DNA of 29,447 nucleotides, taken from positions 1 through 29,447 of the forward strand of contig JANRLD010000068.1 of NCBI GenBank assembly GCA_033762915.1, in the 5' to 3' direction. The position numbers were made by a program, and so were the translations under genes. The notes under the pieces are model-generated. The model did no database searches. It worked only from the letters and a program-made list of their open reading frames with translations, and was not told the origin of the DNA. The DNA comes from Meiothermus sp. (GTDB lineage: Bacteria; Deinococcota; Deinococci; Deinococcales; Thermaceae). Positions 1 through 7,404 of the stretch are shown here, in pieces (the first letter of the stretch is position 1; each line of letters opens with the position of its first letter).

Positions 1-1
1 A

Positions 2-322
2 GGGGGCAACGTCACCAACAGCGTGACCTATACCCACTCCCAGGCGGTAACCCTGGTCAGTGGTCGGCGCATCTACGGTGCGCCGAAAATCACCCGAGTC
101 ACGGCGGGTAATGCAAATCTGGTGGTTTCGGGATTTTCCATCGTGGTCGAGGGCTTCAACACGGGAACTTCGAGCTGGGAAAACATCAGCCGACAGACCG
201 GCCCCCGCACCTACAGCGATACCCGCACCGTTGCCAGTATCACGGTGATGAATCCCACCGGCAGCAACCAGAATGCAAACTCGGCCCTTGCGTTTGTGAC
301 CGAGATTTACGAAGGCCCATAA
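2..322 (+). CDS. C-terminal part of a phage structural (tail/fibre-like) protein, 5' partial
   Basis: Frame is open from base 2 to TAA at 320-322. T/S/N/G-rich, beta-strand-like sequence directly upstream of the lysis cassette. Confidence 0.6.
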   Translation, partial: GGNVTNSVTYTHSQAVTLVSGRRIYGAPKITRVTAGNANLVVSGFSIVVEGFNTGTSSWENISRQTGPRTYSDTRTVASITVMNPTGSNQNANSALAFVTEIYEGP

Positions 323-340
323 CCCAACCAGCACAGACCC

Positions 341-386
341 CGCCCCCCTGCCGCCTCCTCACGGGGGCGGCTCAGTTATGGGGGCG
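341..386 (+). promoter_or_regulatory. GC-rich stem-loop immediately before the endolysin ribosome-binding site
   Basis: GCCGCCTCC-TCAC-GGGGGCGGC (350-371), extended by CGCCCCC(341-347)/GGGGGCG(380-386). AGGAGG follows at 389-394. Confidence 0.5.
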
Positions 387-399
387 ACAGGAGGTGAAC

Positions 400-900
400 A
401 TGGCAATACAACCGGAACCGAGGCAAAACCGCGATATGAACGCACTGGCCCAGGAGTTCAGAAATCGGATCGAGGTTTGGCTGGCCGAGGCAAATCAGTG
501 GCTCGAGCGGCAGTACGGGAAGGGTAAGGCTCAAATGCTGATCGTCGAAACTTCCCGCACCCTGGCCCGCCAACAGTGGATTTACAAACACGGCAGGGTG
601 CGCGGCTACGGCGTGATGGGCCGACCGGTGACGTGGACCCTTTGGAGCGCTCACAGGCTGAACCGCGCCATCGATGCGACTCCGCAGCTATTCCAGGGCG
701 GGCGCTGGGTAGCCCGGTGGGATTTGATGGATGACGTGCTGAGGGCTATCCCGCTGCGGCCCTACGGCCTCGAAGGAATCCCGCAAGAGAAGGCCCACAT
801 TCAACTCGCGGGAATGTACGCACTCGGGAATCAGGAATACGCCAAGGCGAGGAAACTCGTCTGGGACAGGCCCGAGCGGTCACGGTGGCCGCTCAAGTAG
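400..900 (+). CDS. Endolysin, peptidase M15 (L-Ala-D-Glu peptidase-like)
   Basis: ETSRTLARQ..Y..GR, S-A-H-x6-D (SAHRLNRAID) and EKAHIQL zinc-ligand motifs. ATG400 follows AGGAGG. Confidence 0.85.
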   Translation: MAIQPEPRQNRDMNALAQEFRNRIEVWLAEANQWLERQYGKGKAQMLIVETSRTLARQQWIYKHGRVRGYGVMGRPVTWTLWSAHRLNRAIDATPQLFQGGRWVARWDLMDDVLRAIPLRPYGLEGIPQEKAHIQLAGMYALGNQEYAKARKLVWDRPERSRWPLK

Positions 901-936
901 AGGAGGAAGCAGGGGGTAGGGGCAGAGGAGGAAAGT

Positions 937-1347
937 ATGAGCAACACAATCGTTTCGGACATCTCGGCGGCTTTCCAGGAAGCGCTACGGGACGGCTTTC
1001 AGCTTTCGGACGTACTCACCACGCTCGAGGCCGGGGCCAAAAGCGCCGTGCGGTATGCGTTCGACCAGTTGCCGGGCGCGGATCAGGGTCAGAGCCGCCG
1101 GGAGCTGGCGCTAGACGTGCTCAAACGCGGCTGGCGCACCCTGGTCGGCGCGGCCCGTGACCTGCTGGTGGCGGCGTTGGGCGCTTGGATGGGCTACGCG
1201 TTCGACATCGTGCGGGGCGCGGTCGAAGGTTGGGGTGACAGCCTGATCGAATCCGTCGTGGGCGATTGGCTTGACGCGCTGCTGAAATGGGCCTACAGCG
1301 CCGACAAATACGAGCGGCGGATGTCGCTACTCGGGGCGGGGGCGTAA
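937..1347 (+). CDS. Lysis-cassette helical protein, possibly holin-like
   Basis: Good RBS (GAGGAGG) and position right after the endolysin. SAVRYAFDQLPGADQGQSRRELAL loosely recalls LL-H-type holins. Confidence 0.6.
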   Translation: MSNTIVSDISAAFQEALRDGFQLSDVLTTLEAGAKSAVRYAFDQLPGADQGQSRRELALDVLKRGWRTLVGAARDLLVAALGAWMGYAFDIVRGAVEGWGDSLIESVVGDWLDALLKWAYSADKYERRMSLLGAGA

Positions 1348-1349
1348 TC

Positions 1350-1727
1350 ATGAAGCGGCGCGGCGTGTTCGCAACGTCTCTCATCATGACCTACGTCGTG
1401 GCCGCGCCGCTGGTTGCCATCACGCCGACTGAGGCGCGGTGGTTTGTCGGCCTGGCCCTGGCGTTCGTGTTCACGGCCCTGGCGCGGGCCTCGGTGCTGT
1501 ATGGCAGGGTCAAAAGGCCTGAAACGCGGGCGATTGTTGGGCAGAGCATCGCAACCGGGTTTGCAGCAATGGCCATAGTCTACGCCGCGCCCCTGGTGGT
1601 TCCGCAGGCTCCGAGCCCTGATGACCCCGCGTTCTTGGCGGGCATGGTGGCAGTAGGGGCCGCGGTCGGCTGGCTGGGTGCGGAGTACGTCCTCGAGCCA
1701 TTGCTCGAGCGCCTGAAAAAAGGCTGA
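1350..1727 (+). CDS. Small multi-TM membrane protein, candidate holin
   Basis: ATG 2 nt after the previous stop, about 4 hydrophobic segments, basic N- and C-termini (MKRR..., ...RLKKG). Confidence 0.65.
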   Translation: MKRRGVFATSLIMTYVVAAPLVAITPTEARWFVGLALAFVFTALARASVLYGRVKRPETRAIVGQSIATGFAAMAIVYAAPLVVPQAPSPDDPAFLAGMVAVGAAVGWLGAEYVLEPLLERLKKG

Positions 1728-1731
1728 GGGG

Positions 1732-2133
1732 GTGGCAACGGTGGATAGCTGGCTACCATTGGTGCGGGTGTTTTTCCTGTTGGCGGCGTTTGCCGTGGCT
1801 CGAGCCCTCTGGCCGATATCCATCCGCTGCCGCTCGGATTGGCTCATAGATTGGATGTTGCTGTTTGCCGTGGTCGGCGGCCTGGGCCTGAGTCTGGGGC
1901 TGGTCGGCGACATGACCCAGACGGTAGGCCTGGAAAAGCTCGGCACGTTTATCGGCTTCGGCTCGGTCGGGGTGCTGCTGCTGCTCTTGCCGCCCCTGGC
2001 CGCCCGGATTGGCCGAGTTCAGCATGTTGCAAAGAAACTCACCGAATCGGATGAGCGCCTGCCCCCTGATGCCGCCATGAAGTTGGCCCGTGGCGGCGTG
2101 CTGGACACCAGCGAAATACCCGCAAAGCGATAG
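1732..2133 (+). CDS. Small 3-TM membrane protein, candidate holin/antiholin
   Basis: Three hydrophobic segments and a charged C-terminal tail, tightly coupled to the preceding gene. Confidence 0.6.
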   Translation: MATVDSWLPLVRVFFLLAAFAVARALWPISIRCRSDWLIDWMLLFAVVGGLGLSLGLVGDMTQTVGLEKLGTFIGFGSVGVLLLLLPPLAARIGRVQHVAKKLTESDERLPPDAAMKLARGGVLDTSEIPAKR

Positions 2134-2150
2134 AAAGCCAAGTTATCTAG

Positions 2151-2172
2151 CCCCCCAGACCGGGGGGATTTT
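2151..2172 (+). terminator. Probable intrinsic terminator after the lysis cassette
   Basis: CCCCCC-AGACC-GGGGGG followed by ATTTT. Confidence 0.5.
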
Positions 2173-2193
2173 CGTGCTGCAAAGGAGAAAATC

Positions 2194-2637
2194 ATGGCAC
2201 AGGTAATCTATAACCGCTATAAGGCCCGGCAGTCTCAGGTGTTTTGGGCTGGCGCTTCTGCCCCCTCTGGGTTCACCGCCCTTCTGCTCGAGGCGACCGT
2301 TTCGGGCGCTTGGGATCCCGACCTCAACACCGTGGCCGACCTGCTGGCCGTCTCGGGCGTGACCGAGATGTCCGGTGGCAGCTACGCACGGCAATCCCTG
2401 GCCTCGCTCACGGCGACTGAGGATGACACCAACGACCGGGTGAACATCGACGCGGCAAACCTCACGTTTGGCGCGGTGTCGGGCAAAAGCGCCCTCGCTT
2501 TGGTGATTTTTGAAAACGGCGCATCTGACGCGGCCCGTAACCTCGTGGGCTATTACGATACCGGTTTCGGTACGCTACAGACCCCGATGGCGGGCGGTCT
2601 GACTGTCAACATCACGGATTTTCTCCGCAACGCCTAA
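2194..2637 (+). CDS. Phage virion/fibre-associated structural protein (147 aa)
   Basis: AAGGAG RBS. The TEMSGGSYARQ..L, DAANLTF and LVGYYD segments resemble small proteins of phage fibre modules. Confidence 0.7.
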   Translation: MAQVIYNRYKARQSQVFWAGASAPSGFTALLLEATVSGAWDPDLNTVADLLAVSGVTEMSGGSYARQSLASLTATEDDTNDRVNIDAANLTFGAVSGKSALALVIFENGASDAARNLVGYYDTGFGTLQTPMAGGLTVNITDFLRNA

Positions 2638-2688
2638 ACCCAGGGGGCTACAGCCCCCGCACTCATACCGAATACATAGGCGGCAAAC

Positions 2689-5499
2689 ATGATTGGTTGG
2701 CACTCACAACTTGGTGTTGCCTCGAGCCAAACCAACGGGACCACCATAGCGGCGACGTTGGCAGCGGGGGCCAACGTCGGCGATTTGGTGGTCGTGTTCG
2801 TGCTCGGCGACCGCGCCTCCGACATCACGGCCAACTCTGGCACGGGCGGGACTGCCCTCAGTGTCTCCGACAGCGCGGGGAATAGCTGGAGCTTTGGCAG
2901 CCCCAGGGCCGAGGCCAGTGTCAACAGCGCCACCGATGCCGATTTTGCGGTTGCCGTAGCCTGGAGCGTCCTGACCAGCGCAATGGTCAACGGCGGTACG
3001 GTCACGATGACCGGCCCGGCTTTTATGTTCGAGCGCGGCATCATGGTGCACAGGTTCGTGCACGAGTCCACCAGCGGCGGGGTTGTGGCCTCAAGTATAG
3101 CCCCAGGCGGTACTGCCGGGGCTGCGGTCACCTCTCTGAGCGTTGGCCCCACCCACACCGGCCAGAGCAAACACAGCCTCGTGGTCGGCTCGCTGGGGCA
3201 GCGCAACAGCTACAACCGCGCCCCGACCCTGGCCAACTATCAGCGTGTGGGGCTTAGGGACAGCGGAACCGATGCAGTCTATTCATTCCGCCTTAGCGCT
3301 TACGCTGGCATTCTCGCGCCGCAAATCACGAGCAGGCCACTAAACCCGTCTTGGACGGGCAACTCTGACGCCGGTCTGGTTTACCAAGTTCTTCAGGAGG
3401 CTAATCCGCCTTCGGCTTGGTGGGATACCAGCGGGACAAACCGCGCCGCCGACCGATTCACCACCGACAACGGCGTTTTGCGGTTTCGCCAGGAAACCGA
3501 ATCGCAAGGGCTTTCCTACACCGTCCCTGACCTTTCCCTGCTGGCCCGCCGACTCGACGGGAACGGGCTGAGGTTGGACGGGACTTCGGGGGCGGGCAAC
3601 TACGTTGTCACGCCGGGGACTAAACCCGACCGCTACCGGATGCGGGTGAAACTCCCGTCCAGCACCACCAATGCGAACATCTGGGGGCTAGTATTCAGGC
3701 AGAGCGGGACAACCTTCTGGCGGGCTGGGGTCAGGTTTGAGACTTCTGGGCCTGCTTCCATCCGCCTTTACCGCTACAGCGCGGCCAACACCATAGCGCA
3801 AACCATCTCCCTCGCGGGGGGCGTGCTGAACCTCGGCAGCACCTACGATATCGAGGTCAGAGACGATGGTTCGGTAATCAGTGTTTGGTACAAGCTCGAT
3901 TCCTCGAGCACCTGGATTCAGGCAGGTTCAAACCAAACCGACAGCACCTACGGCACCCAGGCCGGGGCGGGGGTTTGCTATGGCCACGAAAGCGGCGACA
4001 GTAGCGCCGCAACGAGCCTCACGACCTCGGCGGGGATAATCCGCTGGGAAGCGTTCACGGCTGCGACTGGCCCCGCTTCGGCCACCCTGACCCCCCAGAG
4101 CAGCACTCACAGCCAGGTAAACCTCAGTCTGGTTCCGGGCGTGATCACGGTCGGGCTCACGGCCCAGGCCAACACTCACGCCCAGGTAAATCTCGGCCTC
4201 GAGCCGGGAGTCGTGACTGTTGGCCTCTCCCCTTCTGGCAACCTGCACACCCCGGTAGCCCTCAGCCCTGCCCCTGGTGCGGCTACCGCTACCCTGACCG
4301 CCCAGACGCTCACACACAGCCTCGTTGACCTGATACCAGCCCCGGCTACCGGTGTAGTCAACATCTCGCCGCAAACCAACACCCACACTGCTACAGCCCT
4401 CGGCCTCGAGCCGGGGCTGGTCACAATCGGCCTGAGCCCGCAAACTTCCACGCATAGCCCCGTGGCTCTCGGCCTCGTGCCTGGAGCCGCGCCGGTCAGT
4501 CTGGAGGCCCAGAGCAGCACGCACAGCACCGTGACCCTGGACCCGGTGCCTCAGCCGGTGGTGCTGGCGCTGGGGGCTCAGACTCTCACGCACACGGCGG
4601 TGGACCTGGGCCTCGAGCCGGGAACTATCACGGCTTCCCTGACGGCCCAGAGTCTCAGTCACGTCCCGGTAACCCTCGGGCCTACCCCGAACGCCGTAGT
4701 TCTGGCCCTGGCCGCTCAGAGCAGCACACACACGCCCGTTGCGCTCGGCCTCGTGCCCGGCGTGGCCTCGGTCACCCTGACCCCGGCCACGCTGACTCAT
4801 AGCACCGTGGCCCTGGCCGTTGACGGCTCCGAAGTCGTTTCACTCGCCCAAATCACCCTGACTCATACCCCGGTAGCGCTGGGCCTCGTGCCTGGGGTTG
4901 CCTCGGTTTCGCTCACCGCCCAGACCAACACCCACACCCCGACCGCGCTCGGCCTGCAGCCTGGCCCCATCGCGGCCACGCTCACCGCTCAGAGCCTCAC
5001 GCATACCCCGGTGGCGTTCACCTTCGCCTTCGGCGCGGCATTGGTTGCCCTGACACCCCGAACGGTCACACATGCGCCCGTGGCCCTTGGCTTGGTCCCT
5101 GGCCCGAACACCGCAACCCTAACCGCTCAGAGCCTCGCGCACGCGGCTGTTGCCCTCTCTCCGCAGCCTCAGCCGGTCGTGCTGGCTCTCGGCCCGCAAA
5201 GCCTCGCCCACACCGCTCTGACCCTCTCAGTGGCTCCAGGCGTGGCAGCGGCGGCGCTACAGGCCCAAAGCCTCAGCCATACCGCTACGGCCCTGGGGCT
5301 GGCCCCTGGGCTGGCCTCGGTGAGCATCACGCCCCTCAGCCTGACCCACACGGCGACGGCGCTCGGGCTGATTCGAAAGATAAAGGGCAAGTGGACCAGC
5401 TCGGCGGCTCCTGTCGAGCGGTGGACCACGGACGAACAGGCAAGTACGGGGTGGACTACCAAGCCAAAAACAGGCGGATGGACAACGGAGGGTGAATAA
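2689..5499 (+). CDS. Large fibre/adhesin-like virion protein: N-terminal beta domains, 19 x 23-aa repeat stalk, Trp-repeat C-terminus
   Basis: 936-aa ORF. Residues ~250-460 look like a beta-sandwich/lectin (WGLVFRQ..FWRAG, YDIEVRDDGS.I.VW, AGAGV), followed by the repeat stalk. Confidence 0.75.
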   Translation: MIGWHSQLGVASSQTNGTTIAATLAAGANVGDLVVVFVLGDRASDITANSGTGGTALSVSDSAGNSWSFGSPRAEASVNSATDADFAVAVAWSVLTSAMVNGGTVTMTGPAFMFERGIMVHRFVHESTSGGVVASSIAPGGTAGAAVTSLSVGPTHTGQSKHSLVVGSLGQRNSYNRAPTLANYQRVGLRDSGTDAVYSFRLSAYAGILAPQITSRPLNPSWTGNSDAGLVYQVLQEANPPSAWWDTSGTNRAADRFTTDNGVLRFRQETESQGLSYTVPDLSLLARRLDGNGLRLDGTSGAGNYVVTPGTKPDRYRMRVKLPSSTTNANIWGLVFRQSGTTFWRAGVRFETSGPASIRLYRYSAANTIAQTISLAGGVLNLGSTYDIEVRDDGSVISVWYKLDSSSTWIQAGSNQTDSTYGTQAGAGVCYGHESGDSSAATSLTTSAGIIRWEAFTAATGPASATLTPQSSTHSQVNLSLVPGVITVGLTAQANTHAQVNLGLEPGVVTVGLSPSGNLHTPVALSPAPGAATATLTAQTLTHSLVDLIPAPATGVVNISPQTNTHTATALGLEPGLVTIGLSPQTSTHSPVALGLVPGAAPVSLEAQSSTHSTVTLDPVPQPVVLALGAQTLTHTAVDLGLEPGTITASLTAQSLSHVPVTLGPTPNAVVLALAAQSSTHTPVALGLVPGVASVTLTPATLTHSTVALAVDGSEVVSLAQITLTHTPVALGLVPGVASVSLTAQTNTHTPTALGLQPGPIAATLTAQSLTHTPVAFTFAFGAALVALTPRTVTHAPVALGLVPGPNTATLTAQSLAHAAVALSPQPQPVVLALGPQSLAHTALTLSVAPGVAAAALQAQSLSHTATALGLAPGLASVSITPLSLTHTATALGLIRKIKGKWTSSAAPVERWTTDEQASTGWTTKPKTGGWTTEGE
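4072..5379 (+). repeat. 19 degenerate tandem 69-bp (23-aa) coding repeats with an invariant His
   Basis: Consensus ~xxxVxLTAQSLTHTPVALGLxPG. 1308 bp = 436 aa = 19x23-1 (one 22-aa unit). Confidence 0.9.
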
Positions 5500-5828
5500 T
5501 GGCGACCTACACGATAAAAAAAGGTGAGGAATATCACGCGCTGGTGGTTCCGCTCGAGCTGAACAACGCCGACCCCAGCCCTGGGGTGAGCATCAGCGCG
5601 GTCGAGGGGCGGCTGGTCCACACTGTGACCGGGGAAGTGGTCACGCTGGTGATGCAGGTGGACACCTCGCCCACCGGGACGGATGAGATTTACAAAGACT
5701 TCACGTCGGCGGATTGGGCCAGTATCCCGGTCGGAACCTACCGGGCTACCTGGAAACTCACGATTGGCGGGCAGATATCCTATGCACCGTCTGAGGGGTA
5801 CGATGAGGTGATAATCCAAGCACCGTGA
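5499..5828 (+). CDS. BppU N-terminal-like Ig-fold adaptor protein
   Basis: TAATG overlap with the fibre gene. YTIKKGE.., FTSADW...GTYRATWKLT.GG....PSEGY.EV.I pattern recalls BppU_N-like phage proteins. Confidence 0.6.
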   Translation: MATYTIKKGEEYHALVVPLELNNADPSPGVSISAVEGRLVHTVTGEVVTLVMQVDTSPTGTDEIYKDFTSADWASIPVGTYRATWKLTIGGQISYAPSEGYDEVIIQAP

Positions 5829-5833
5829 CGCCG

Positions 5834-5888
5834 CCCCCAACAAATCGCCCCCGCTGGCCGACGCTGGCGGGGGCTTTTGCGTTGGGGG
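5834..5888. terminator. Probably bidirectional terminator between the convergent late and accessory operons
   Basis: GCCCCCGCTGGC-CGAC-GCTGGCGGGGGC-TTTT, with outer CCCCCAAC/GTTGGGGG pairing. Confidence 0.7.
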
Positions 5889-5894
5889 TGAGGC

Positions 5895-6164
5895 TCAGCC
5901 CCCGGCCCCTCGAGCAAACGGCATAGACCTATCTCCGGTGGTGGTCGGCATCGACTCATTCAGCGGCGGGCAGTGTTCGGCGATAAGCAACTCGAGCAAC
6001 TCCCGAGGTGTCATGTCCCGCCTTGACGCCTCAGCCCTCAGCCGCTTCATAAGTGCAGCAGCCACGCGACCGGCACTTACCCCCTTCTCCCCTTCCTCGG
6101 CCTTCGGGCGACCCTGGCCGGGCTTGAGGTTTGCCAGTTGTTTCTCGGTTACGCGACGTGCCAT
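5895..6164 (-). CDS. Small DNA-binding protein, ribbon-helix-helix-like
   Basis: GAGGAG RBS. LKPGQGRPK followed by VSAGRVAAALMKRLRAEASRRDMTPRELLELLI (beta-helix-turn-helix pattern). Confidence 0.65.
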   Translation of the reverse strand: MARRVTEKQLANLKPGQGRPKAEEGEKGVSAGRVAAALMKRLRAEASRRDMTPRELLELLIAEHCPPLNESMPTTTGDRSMPFARGAGG

Positions 6165-6228
6165 AATGAACTCCTCTGTTCTCCAGAGATTGCCCCCCGA
6201 CTGCTGCCGGGGGGCGTTTGCGTGTGGA

Positions 6229-6501
6229 CTAGCGGCTGTGGGCGTCGATGTATTCGGCGTAGACTCGCCGAAACGTGGGGCTGTAGGGCTGGAGCCGGTG
6301 CAACTCCCAGTGCGGGCAAATCACGAACTGCCCACCGCACGGGGCGTACCAGTCGGGGCTAACGCGGCTATCCGAGATGTGAGCGTCTGCCGCGTAGATG
6401 ATGCCGGTGGCAGAATCGGCCCACATGGTGAGGGTCGGGTGTTCGATAACTACGGCCTCGCCTTGCATGTGGTTGGCGGTGTACCAGTCTCGAAAGGTCA
6501 T
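6229..6501 (-). CDS. Hypothetical phage protein (90 aa, aromatic/His-rich)
   Basis: Fills the gap between co-oriented neighbours; weak RBS. Confidence 0.55.
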   Translation of the reverse strand: MTFRDWYTANHMQGEAVVIEHPTLTMWADSATGIIYAADAHISDSRVSPDWYAPCGGQFVICPHWELHRLQPYSPTFRRVYAEYIDAHSR

Positions 6502-6546
6502 GTTTCTATTTGGCAGACTATTAGCGGTCTGCCAGCGCGTAAAGGT

Positions 6547-7227
6547 CTAAAGAGCCGACAGGTGAGCGTGTAGGCGCTCGGCGGGGCTGGAACCGTGGAA
6601 TCGGGCGGCGACCTCACCGTGAACCTCGGCGTAAAGCCCGTCTGTGTCGGTGTAGGGCGTCCAGCCGGTGCGCTCCTGGTAGTACGCGCACAGCACCCCG
6701 ACCACCAGCTCAAGCGCCTTGACCTCGGTGCTGTTGCTTGCGGCAGCGACTAACTCCCCGTTGTAACTGAGGGTGTCGGCTACAGGCCACGGGGGGACGT
6801 GAAACTCTGCTTTGCGCAACTCACTGACTCCCCAATAAACCTGCTCGGCGGTGTCATCTCGCCCAATCGTCCGGTAGTTTCCGGCACTGGCATCCCACTG
6901 CGGGTCGGCTACCGTTGCCGAGATTTTGGCGTCCAGCTCATTTACCCGTGCGCTCATGGCGTCACGTGCGGTTTTCGACAAAATGAACTCAGCCACCAGC
7001 GCCCGATTGATGCGGCGGTACGCCTTGGCAACTACCCATTCAGAGTAGGCCGACAGGTACGCCCAGTGCAACTGCTGCAAGTCGCTCAGGTCGTCGCGCC
7101 GGATGATTGCGCGTTGCAACAACCCCAGAGCGTACCATTCGCACTCCTCGGTTTTGCCATCGGGGTCGGTCAGTTCGGCCATAAACTTTTTGTAGGTGTT
7201 CGATTCGGTGAGGCGGGTGCTGGCCAT
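6547..7227 (-). CDS. Hypothetical phage protein (226 aa, helical), first gene of the leftward operon
   Basis: ATG at 7227 preceded by AAGGAG, directly downstream of a strong promoter. Confidence 0.7.
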   Translation of the reverse strand: MASTRLTESNTYKKFMAELTDPDGKTEECEWYALGLLQRAIIRRDDLSDLQQLHWAYLSAYSEWVVAKAYRRINRALVAEFILSKTARDAMSARVNELDAKISATVADPQWDASAGNYRTIGRDDTAEQVYWGVSELRKAEFHVPPWPVADTLSYNGELVAAASNSTEVKALELVVGVLCAYYQERTGWTPYTDTDGLYAEVHGEVAARFHGSSPAERLHAHLSAL

Positions 7228-7285
7228 CTCTGTTCTCCTTGGTAGGGGGTTTGTTTTGGGCTGCTGTCCCATCCCCTACACCTAT

Positions 7286-7328
7286 AGAGTACACCCTGTT
7301 TCTGTATCTGTCAACATTTATAGATACA
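7286..7328 (-). promoter_or_regulatory. Sigma70 promoter (TTGACA-17-TACTCT) with an inverted-repeat operator around the -35 box
   Basis: -35 at 7314-7309 and -10 at 7291-7286. TGTATCT(7303-7309)-N12-AGATACA(7322-7328). Confidence 0.8.
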
Positions 7329-7384
7329 TGGCGATAGGAACGCGCAAAACTCCGCAATCAGCTCAAGGCACTCTCCTATTAGTT

Positions 7385-7404
7385 ATGTAGATGTGCAACT
7401 ACAT
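7385..7404. other. Putative prophage attachment site (attR/attL hybrid)
   Basis: ATGTAGATG-TG-CAACTACAT: 8/9 dyad symmetry around a central TG, exactly at the phage/host boundary and at the point where the ATPase gene is truncated. Confidence 0.7.

Larger units (their letters stand above)
1..7395. mobile_element. Prophage end (late structural/lysis genes, fibre module, accessory leftward operon), ending at an att-like site
   Basis: Endolysin with M15 motifs, small membrane proteins, virion-fibre-like and BppU-like genes, then an abrupt switch at ~7390 to a 5'-truncated host ATPase gene. The other end is outside the window. Confidence 0.88.

Noticed and set aside
4072..5379. Periodic 69-bp DNA as a CRISPR array
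   Set aside because: Degenerate in-frame coding repeats with no constant repeat/unique spacer structure.
1..5828. Diversity-generating retroelement or shufflon acting on fibre genes
   Set aside because: No reverse transcriptase, invertase or TR/VR pair with adenine-specific mismatches is visible in the window.
6215..7282. Fragments resembling the Thermus-type I-E CRISPR repeat as I recall it (minus strand TAGTCCACACGCA near 6231; GTGTAGGGGATGGGACAG near 7282), suggesting an RNA anti-CRISPR
   Set aside because: The two half-matches are 1 kb apart, neither forms the repeat hairpin, and one overlaps a stop codon. Likely chance unless the host repeat matches better.
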